Below are positions 1-9,600 of a DNA stretch of 13,457 nt, piece after piece. Origin of the DNA: Azolla caroliniana (taxonomy: Eukaryota > Plantae > Polypodiophyta); NCBI GenBank assembly GCA_043228905.1, contig JBHGNT010000950.1, positions 1-13,457 on the forward strand. The letters run 5' to 3'. The translations under genes and the position numbers were made by a program. Each line of letters starts with the position of its first letter. Within the stretch, counting starts at the first letter, position 1. The notes beneath the pieces are model-generated. The model did not search any database and was not told where the DNA came from. It saw nothing but the letters and a program-made list of their open reading frames with translations.

Positions 1-518
1 CTCCCTTATCGATGGAGGGAAAATGTTTAAATTTTCATGAGAAATTGGGGTGGCCCCCACCCTTTTGTAGCCACAATATTAAGTCGATCTGAAGCAAAAA
101 AAAATTGTGATTTTTTTTGTTAGAAGGGGGGGGTGTTTGTAGGCCAAAAATCGCCAACTTTGACAATTTTTTTCAACCCTTTCTAATTGAGCTAGAGCAT
201 TGAATTTTTTTTAGTTTTGTAGATCTTTTTACGAAGAATCTTTCAGGGTGTTTTTTGAAGCTGTGCGGTTAAGGGCTCGAGCGTGAGAAGCCGTCAAAAA
301 TCAACTTTTTCGAAAAACATCCGTTTTTCGCAGGTCCTAACTTTAACTTAATTTTAAGGCCCTTTAAATTGAGCTAGAGCAACATAGGGGTAGTGATTTT
401 TTATGCATTTTTTACGCCCAATCGACTGGTGCAAAAATCAAAGCGCTATCTATTACGGTTCTCGAGATAGCTGTTCCAAATGCGTGTTTTTGAAAAAAAT
501 AATTTTAAACCTTTATTT
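1..518 (+). repeat. Representative subtype A monomer (518 bp)
   Basis: The variable block reads cacaatat(t/c)aagtcgatctgaagc-A9-ttgtga-T8-gttagaa-G8-tgtttgtaggccaaaaatcgccaactttgacaa. A-type units start at 1, 519, 1037, 1533, 3570, 4088, 5121, 5639, 7187, 8220, 10283, 10801, 11834 and 12852, plus the partial unit at 13370. Confidence 0.95.
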
Positions 519-1036
519 CTCCCTTATCGATGGAGGGAAAATGTTTAAATTTTCATGAGAAATTGGGGTGGCCCCCACCCTTTTGTAGCCACAATATCAA
601 GTCGATCTGAAGCAAAAAAAAATTGTGATTTTTTTTGTTAGAAGGGGGGGGTGTTTGTAGGCCAAAAATCGCCAACTTTGACAATTTTTTTCAACCCTTT
701 CTAATTGAGCTAGAGCATTGAATTTTTTTTAGTTTTGTAGATCTTTTTACGTAGAATCTTTCAGGGTGTTTTTTGAAGCTGTGCGGTTAAGGGCTCGAGC
801 GTGAGAAGCCGTCAAAAATCAACTTTTTCGAAAAACATCCGTTTTTCGCAGGTCCTAACTTTAACTTAATTTTAAGGCCCTTTAAATTAAGCTAGAGCAA
901 CATAGGGGTGGTGATTTTTTATGCATTTTTTACGCCCAATCGACTGGTGCAAAAATCAAAGCGCTATCTATTACGGTTCTCGAGATAGCTGTTCCAAATG
1001 CGTGTTTTTGAAAAAAATAATTTTAAACCTTTATTT

Positions 1037-1532
1037 CTCCCTTATCGATGGAGGGAAAATGTTTAAATTTTCATGAGAAATTGGGGTGGCCCCCACCCTT
1101 TTGTAGCCACAATATTAAGTCGATCTGAAGCAAAAAAAAATTGTGATTTTTTTTGTTAGAAGAATCGCCAACTTTGACAATTTTTTTCAACCCTTTCTAA
1201 TTGAGCTAGAGCATTGAATTTTTTTTAGTTTTGTAGATCTTTTTACGTAGAATCTTTCAGGGTGTTTTTTGAAGCTGTGCGGTTAAGGGCTCGAGCGTGA
1301 GAAGCCGTCAAAAATCAACTTTTTCGAAAAACATCCGTTTTTCGCAGGTCCTAACTTTAACTTAATTTTAAGGCCCTTTAAATTGAGCTAGAGCAACATA
1401 GGGGTAGTGATTTTTTATGCATTTTTTACGCCCAATCGACTGGTGCAAAAATCAAAGCGCTATCTATTACGGTTCTCGAGATAGCTGTTCCAAATGCGTG
1501 TTTTTGAAAAAAATAATTTTAAACCTTTATTT
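1037..1532 (+). repeat. Subtype A monomer with 22 bp deletion (496 bp)
   Basis: The junction gttagaag|aatcgcc at 1162/1163 lacks gggggggtgtttgtaggccaaa. Confidence 0.92.
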
Positions 1533-2050
1533 CTCCCTTATCGATGGAGGGAAAATGTTTAAATTTTCATGAGAAATTGGGGTGGCCCCCACCCTTTTGT
1601 AGCCACAATATTAAGTCGATCTGAAGCAAAAAAAAATTGTGATTTTTTTTGTTAGAAGGGGGGGGTGTTTGTAGGCCAAAAATCGCCAACTTTGACAATT
1701 TTTTTCAACCCTTTCTAATTGAGCTAGAGCATTGAATTTTTTTTAGTTTTGTAGATCTTTTTACGAAGAATCTTTCAGGGTGTTTTTTAAAGCTGTGCGG
1801 TTAAGGGCTCGAGCGTGAGAAGCCGTCAAAAATCAACTTTTTCGAAAAACATCCGTTTTTCGCAGGTCCTAACTTTAACTTAATTTTAAGGCCCTTTAAA
1901 TTGAGCTAGAGCAACATAGGGGTAGTGATTTTTTATGCATTTTTTACGCCCAATCGACTGGTGCAAAAATCAAAGCGCTATCTATTACGGTTCTCGAGAT
2001 AGCTGTTCCAAATGCGTGTTTTTGAAAAAAATAATTTTAAACCTTTATTT

Positions 2051-2539
2051 CTCCCTTATCGATGGAGGGAAAATGTTTAAATTTTCATGAGAAATTGGGG
2101 TGGCCCCCACCCTTTTGACAAAACAATTTTGTGAGTATTTTTGACGGAAGGGGTGTATGTAGGCCAAAAATCGCAAAATTTATTAATTTATTTTCAACCC
2201 TTTCTAATTGAGCTAGAGCATTGAATTTTTTTTAGTTTTGTAGATCTTTTTACGTAGAATCTTTCAGGGTGTTTTTTGAAGCTGTGCGGTTAAGGGCTCG
2301 AGCGTGAGAAGCCGTCAAAAATCAACTTTTTCGAAAAACATCCGTTTTTCGCAGGTCCTAACTTTAACTTAATTTTAAGGCCCTTTAAATTGAGCTAGAG
2401 CAACATAGGGGTAGTGATTTTTTATGCATTTTTTACGCCCAATCGACTGGTGCAAAAATCAAAGCGCTATCTATTACGGTTCTCGAGATAGCTGTTCCAA
2501 ATGCGTGTTTTTGAAAAAAATAATTTTAAACCTTTATTT
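2051..2539 (+). repeat. Subtype B monomer with net 26 bp deletion (489 bp)
   Basis: It reads ccttttg-a-caaaac at ~2111-2124, where 27 nt (tagccacattattaagtcgatctgaag) are replaced by a single a. Confidence 0.92.
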
Positions 2540-3054
2540 CTCCCTTATCGATGGAGGGAAAATGTTTAAATTTTCATGAGAAATTGGGGTGGCCCCCACC
2601 CTTTTGTAGCCACATTATTAAGTCGATCTGAAGCAAAACAATTTTGTGAGTATTTTTGACGGAAGGGGTGTATGTAGGCCAAAAATCGCAAAATTTATTA
2701 ATTTATTTTCAACCCTTTCTAATTGAGCTAGAGCATTGAATTTTTTTTAGTTTTGTAGATCTTTTTACGTAGAATCTTTCAGGGTGTTTTTTGAAGCTGT
2801 GCGGTTAAGGGCTCGAGCGTGAGAAGCCGTCAAAAATCAACTTTTTCGAAAAACATCCGTTTTTCGCAGGTCCTAACTTTAACTTAATTTTAAGGCCCTT
2901 TAAATTGAGCTAGAGCAACATAGGGGTAGTGATTTTTTATGCATTTTTTACGCCCAATCGACTGGTGCAAAAATCAAAGCGCTATCTATTACGGTTCTCG
3001 AGATAGCTGTTCCAAATGCGTGTTTTTGAAAAAAATAATTTTAAACCTTTATTT
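2540..3054 (+). repeat. Representative subtype B monomer (515 bp)
   Basis: The variable block reads cacattattaagtcgatctgaagcaaaacaattttgtgagtatttttgacggaaggggtgtatgtaggccaaaaatcgcaaaatttattaatttattttc. B-type units start at 2051, 2540, 3055, 4606, 6157, 6672, 7705, 8738, 9253, 9768, 11319 and 12352. Confidence 0.95.
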
Positions 3055-6000
3055 CTCCCTTATCGATGGAGGGAAAATGTTTAAATTTTCATGAGAAATT
3101 GGGGTGGCCCCCACCCTTTTGTAGCCACATTATTAAGTCGATCTGAAGCAAAACAATTTTGTGAGTATTTTTGACGGAAGGGGTGTATGTAGGCCAAAAA
3201 TCGCAAAATTTATTAATTTATTTTCAACCCTTTCTAATTGAGCTAGAGCATTGAATTTTTTTTAGTTTTGTAGATCTTTTTACGTAGAATCTTTCAGGGT
3301 GTTTTTTGAAGCTGTGCGGTTAAGGGCTCGAGCGTGAGAAGCCGTCAAAAATCAACTTTTTCGAAAAACATCCGTTTTTCGCAGGTCCTAACTTTAACTT
3401 AATTTTAAGGCCCTTTAAATTGAGCTAGAGCAACATAGGGGTAGTGATTTTTTATGCATTTTTTACGCCCAATCGACTGGTGCAAAAATCAAAGCGCTAT
3501 CTATTACGGTTCTCGAGATAGCTGTTCCAAATGCGTGTTTTTGAAAAAAATAATTTTAAACCTTTATTTCTCCCTTATCGATGGAGGGAAAATGTTTAAA
3601 TTTTCATGAGAAATTGGGGTGGCCCCCACCCTTTTGTAGCCACAATATCAAGTCGATCTGAAGCAAAAAAAAATTGTGATTTTTTTTGTTAGAAGGGGGG
3701 GGTGTTTGTAGGCCAAAAATCGCCAACTTTGACAATTTTTTTCAACCCTTTCTAATTGAGCTAGAGCATTGAATTTTTTTTAGTTTTGTAGATCTTTTTA
3801 CGAAGAATCTTTCAGGGTGTTTTTTGAAGCTGTGCGGTTAAGGGCTCGAGCGTGAGAAGCCGTCAAAAATCAACTTTTTCGAAAAACATCCGTTTTTCGC
3901 AGGTCCTAACTTTAACTTAATTTTAAGGCCCTTTAAATTGAGCTAGAGCAACATAGGGGTAGTGATTTTTTATGCATTTTTTACGCCCAATCGACTGGTG
4001 CAAAAATCAAAGCGCTATCTATTACGGTTCTCGAGATAGCTGTTCCAAATGCGTGTTTTTGAAAAAAATAATTTTAAACCTTTATTTCTCCCTTATCGAT
4101 GGAGGGAAAATGTTTAAATTTTCATGAGAAATTGGGGTGGCCCCCACCCTTTTGTAGCCACAATATTAAGTCGATCTGAAGCAAAAAAAAATTGTGATTT
4201 TTTTTGTTAGAAGGGGGGGGTGTTTGTGGGCCAAAAATCGCCAACTTTGACAATTTTTTTCAACCCTTTCTAATTGAGCTAGAGCATTGAATTTTTTTTA
4301 GTTTTGTAGATCTTTTTACGAAGAATCTTTCAGGGTGTTTTTTGAAGCTGTGCGGTTAAGGGCTCGAGCGTGAGAAGCCGTCAAAAATCAACTTTTTCGA
4401 AAAACATCCGTTTTTCGCAGGTCCTAACTTTAACTTAATTTTAAGGCCCTTTAAATTGAGCTAGAGCAACATAGGGGTAGTGATTTTTTATGCATTTTTT
4501 ACGCCCAATCGACTGGTGCAAAAATCAAAGCGCTATCTATTACGGTTCTCGAGATAGCTGTTCCAAATGCGTGTTTTTGAAAAAAATAATTTTAAACCTT
4601 TATTTCTCCCTTATCGATGGAGGGAAAATGTTTAAATTTTCATGAGAAATTGGGGTGGCCCCCACCCTTTTGTAGCCACATTATTAAGTCGATCTGAAGC
4701 AAAACAATTTTGTGAGTATTTTTGACGGAAGGGGTGTATGTAGGCCAAAAATCGCAAAATTTATTAATTTATTTTCAACCCTTTCTAATTGAGCTAGAGC
4801 ATTGAATTTTTTTTAGTTTTGTAGATCTTTTTACGTAGAATCTTTCAGGGTGTTTTTTGAAGCTGTGCGGTTAAGGGCTCGAGCGTGAGAAGCCGTCAAA
4901 AATCAACTTTTTCGAAAAACATCCGTTTTTCGCAGGTCCTAACTTTAACTTAATTTTAAGGCCCTTTAAATTGAGCTAGAGCAACATAGGGGTAGTGATT
5001 TTTTATGCATTTTTTACGCCCAATCGACTGGTGCAAAAATCAAAGCGCTATCTATTACGGTTCTCGAGATAGCTGTTCCAAATGCGTGTTTTTGAAAAAA
5101 ATAATTTTAAACCTTTATTTCTCCCTTATCGATGGAGGGAAAATGTTTAAATTTTCATGAGAAATTGGGGTGGCCCCCACCCTTTTGTAGCCACAATATC
5201 AAGTCGATCTGAAGCAAAAAAAAATTGTGATTTTTTTTGTTAGAAGGGGGGGGTGTTTGTAGGCCAAAAATCGCCAACTTTGACAATTTTTTTCAACCCT
5301 TTCTAATTGAGCTAGAGCATTGAATTTTTTTTAGTTTTGTAGATCTTTTTACGAAGAATCTTTCAGGGTGTTTTTTGAAGCTGTGCGGTTAAGGGCTCGA
5401 GCGTGAGAAGCCGTCAAAAATCAACTTTTTCGAAAAACATCCGTTTTTCGCAGGTCCTAACTTTAACTTAATTTTAAGGCCCTTTAAATTGAGCTAGAGC
5501 AACATAGGGGTAGTGATTTTTTATGCATTTTTTACGCCCAATCGACTGGTGCAAAAATCAAAGCGCTATCTATTACGGTTCTCGAGATAGCTGTTCCAAA
5601 TGCGTGTTTTTGAAAAAAATAATTTTAAACCTTTATTTCTCCCTTATCGATGGAGGGAAAATGTTTAAATTTTCATGAGAAATTGGGGTGGCCCCCACCC
5701 TTTTGTAGCCACAATATTAAGTCGATCTGAAGCAAAAAAAAATTGTGATTTTTTTTGTTAGAAGGGGGGGGTGTTTGTGGGCCAAAAATCGCCAACTTTG
5801 ACAATTTTTTTCAACCCTTTCTAATTGAGCTAGAGCATTGAATTTTTTTTAGTTTTGTAGATCTTTTTACGAAGAATCTTTCAGGGTGTTTTTTGAAGCT
5901 GTGCGGTTAAGGGCTCGAGCGTGAGAAGCCGTCAAAAATCAACTTTTTCGAAAAACATCCGTTTTTCGCAGGTCCTAACTTTAACTTAATTTTAAGGCCC

Positions 6001-6671
6001 TTTAAATTGAGCTAGAGCAACATAGGGGTAGTGATTTTTTATGCATTTTTTACGCCCAATCGACTGGTGCAAAAATCAAAGCGCTATCTATTACGGTTCT
6101 CGAGATAGCTGTTCCAAATGCGTGTTTTTGAAAAAAATAATTTTAAACCTTTATTTCTCCCTTATCGATGGAGGGAAAATGTTTAAATTTTCATGAGAAA
6201 TTGGGGTGGCCCCCACCCTTTTGTAGCCACATTATTAAGTCGATCTGAAGCAAAACAATTTTGTGAGTATTTTTGACGGAAGGGGTGTATGTAGGCCAAA
6301 AATCGCAAAATTTATTAATTTATTTTCAACCCTTTCTAATTGAGCTAGAGCATTGAATTTTTTTTAGTTTTGTAGATCTTTTTACGTAGAATCTTTCAGG
6401 GTGTTTTTTGAAGCTGTGCGGTTAAGGGCTCGAGCGTGAGAAGCCGTCAAAAATCAACTTTTTCGAAAAACATCCGTTTTTCGCAGGTCCTAACTTTAAC
6501 TTAATTTTAAGGCCCTTTAAATTGAGCTAGAGCAACATAGGGGTAGTGATTTTTTATGCATTTTTTACGCCCAATCGACTGGTGCAAAAATCAAAGCGCT
6601 ATCTATTACGGTTCTCGAGATAGCTGTTCCAAATGCGTGTTTTTGAAAAAAATAATTTTAAACCTTTATTT
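3055..6671 (+). repeat. Local higher-order repeat, period 1551 bp (B-A-A trimer, about 2.3 copies)
   Basis: The subtype order is B A A B A A B. Diagnostic SNPs recur 1551 bp apart: c at 3649/5200 and g at 4228/5779. Confidence 0.85.
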
Positions 6672-9600
6672 CTCCCTTATCGATGGAGGGAAAATGTTTA
6701 AATTTTCATGAGAAATTGGGGTGGCCCCCACCCTTTTGTAGCCACATTATTAAGTCGATCTGAAGCAAAACAATTTTGTGAGTATTTTTGACGGAAGGGG
6801 TGTATGTAGGCCAAAAATCGCAAAATTTATTAATTTATTTTCAACCCTTTCTAATTGAGCTAGAGCATTGAATTTTTTTTAGTTTTGTAGATCTTTTTAC
6901 GTAGAATCTTTCAGGGTGTTTTTTGAAGCTGTGCGGTTAAGGGCTCGAGCGTGAGAAGCCGTCAAAAATCAACTTTTTCGAAAAACATCCGTTTTTCGCA
7001 GGTCCTAACTTTAACTTAATTTTAAGGCCCTTTAAATTGAGCTAGAGCAACATAGGGGTAGTGATTTTTTATGCATTTTTTACGCCCAATCGACTGGTGC
7101 AAAAATCAAAGCGCTATCTATTACGGTTCTCGAGATAGCTGTTCCAAATGCGTGTTTTTGAAAAAAATAATTTTAAACCTTTATTTCTCCCTTATCGATG
7201 GAGGGAAAATGTTTAAATTTTCATGAGAAATTGGGGTGGCCCCCACCCTTTTGTAGCCACAATATTAAGTCGATCTGAAGCAAAAAAAAATTGTGATTTT
7301 TTTTGTTAGAAGGGGGGGGTGTTTGTAGGCCAAAAATCGCCAACTTTGACAATTTTTTTCAACCCTTTCTAATTGAGCTAGAGCATTGAATTTTTTTTAG
7401 TTTTGTAGATCTTTTTACGAAGAATCTTTCAGGGTGTTTTTTGAAGCTGTGCGGTTAAGGGCTCGAGCGTGAGAAGCCGTCAAAAATCAACTTTTTCGAA
7501 AAACATCCGTTTTTCGCAGGTCCTAACTTTAACTTAATTTTAAGGCCCTTTAAATTGAGCTAGAGCAACATAGGGGTAGTGATTTTTTATGCATTTTTTA
7601 CGCCCAATCGACTGGTGCAAAAATCAAAGCGCTATCTATTACGGTTCTCGAGATAGCTGTTCCAAATGCGTGTTTTTGAAAAAAATAATTTTAAACCTTT
7701 ATTTCTCCCTTATCGATGGAGGGAAAATGTTTAAATTTTCATGAGAAATTGGGGAGGCCCCCACCCTTTTGTAGCCACATTATTAAGTCGATCTGAAGCA
7801 AAACAATTTTGTGAGTATTTTTGACGGAAGGGGTGTATGTAGGCCAAAAATCGCAAAATTTATTAATTTATTTTCAACCCTTTCTAATTGAGCTAGAGCA
7901 TTGAATTTTTTTTAGTTTTGTAGATCTTTTTACGTAGAATCTTTCAGGGTGTTTTTTGAAGCTGTGCGGTTAAGGGCTCGAGCGTGAGAAGCCGTCAAAA
8001 ATCAACTTTTTCGAAAAACATCCGTTTTTCGCAGGTCCTAACTTTAACTTAATTTTAAGGCCCTTTAAATTGAGCTAGAGCAACATAGGGGTAGTGATTT
8101 TTTATGCATTTTTTACGCCCAATCGACTGGTGCAAAAATCAAAGCGCTATCTATTACGGTTCTCGAGATAGCTGTTCCAAATGCGTGTTTTTGAAAAAAA
8201 TAATTTTAAACCTTTATATCTCCCTTATCGATGGAGGGAAAATGTTTAAATTTTCATGAGAAATTGGGGTGGCCCCCACCCTTTTGTAGCCACAATATTA
8301 AGTCGATCTGAAGCAAAAAAAAATTGTGATTTTTTTTGTTAGAAGGGGGGGGTGTTTGTAGGCCAAAAATCGCCAACTTTGACAATTTTTTTCAACCCTT
8401 TCTAATTGAGCTAGAGCATTGAATTTTTTTTAGTTTTGTAGATCTTTTTACGAAGAATCTTTCAGGGTGTTTTTTGAAGCTGTGCGGTTAAGGGCTCGAG
8501 CGTGAGAAGCCGTCAAAAATCAACTTTTTCGAAAAACATCCGTTTTTCGCAGGTCCTAACTTTAACTTAATTTTAAGGCCCTTTAAATTGAGCTAGAGCA
8601 ACATAGGGGTAGTGATTTTTTATGCATTTTTTACGCCCAATCGACTGGTGCAAAAATCAAAGCGCTATCTATTACGGTTCTCGAGATAGCTGTTCCAAAT
8701 GCGTGTTTTTGAAAAAAATAATTTTAAACCTTTATTTCTCCCTTATCGATGGAGGGAAAATGTTTAAATTTTCATGAGAAATTGGGGTGGCCCCCACCCT
8801 TTTGTGGCCACATTATTAAGTCGATCTGAAGCAAAACAATTTTGTGAGTATTTTTGACGGAAGGGGTGTATGTAGGCCAAAAATCGCAAAATTTATTAAT
8901 TTATTTTCAACCCTTTCTAATTGAGCTAGAGCATTGAATTTTTTTTAGTTTTGTAGATCTTTTTACGTAGAATCTTTCAGGGTGTTTTTTGAAGCTGTGC
9001 GGTTAAGGGCTCGAGCGTGAGAAGCCGTCAAAAATCAACTTTTTCGAAAAACATCCGTTTTTCGCAGGTCCTAACTTTAACTTAATTTTAAGGCCCTTTA
9101 AATTGAGCTAGAGCAACATAGGGGTAGTGATTTTTTATGCATTTTTTACGCCCAATCGACTGGTGCAAAAATCAAAGCGCTATCTATTACGGTTCTCGAG
9201 ATAGCTGTTCCAAATGCGTGTTTTTGAAAAAAATAATTTTAAACCTTTATTTCTCCCTTATCGATGGAGGGAAAATGTTTAAATTTTCATGAGAAATTGG
9301 GGTGGCCCCCACCCTTTTGTAGCCACATTATTAAGTCGATCTGAAGCAAAACAATTTTGTGAGTATTTTTGACGGAAGGGGTGTATGTAGGCCAAAAATC
9401 GCAAAATTTATTAATTTATTTTCAACCCTTTCTAATTGAGCTAGAGCATTGAATTTTTTTTAGTTTTGTAGATCTTTTTACGTAGAATCTTTCAGGGTGT
9501 TTTTTGAAGCTGTGCGGTTAAGGGCTCGAGCGTGAGAAGCCGTCAAAAATCAACTTTTTCGAAAAACATCCGTTTTTCGCAGGTCCTAACTTTAACTTAA

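Noticed and set aside
48-66. Rho-independent terminator (hairpin plus T4)
   Set aside because: There is no upstream gene, and the context is satellite DNA rather than a prokaryotic transcription unit.
47-133. G-quadruplex
   Set aside because: The G-runs (47-50, 126-133, 387-390) are too far apart for a canonical four-tract G4.
306-330. CENP-B box
   Set aside because: It has TTCGnnnnA but lacks the required CGGG part of the nTTCGnnnnAnnCGGGn core.
1-518. Tandem 5S rRNA, tRNA, snRNA or spliced-leader gene unit
   Set aside because: The unit size is compatible, but I recognised no 5S, tRNA or SL consensus and no A/B/C boxes. An Rfam cmscan would be the definitive test.
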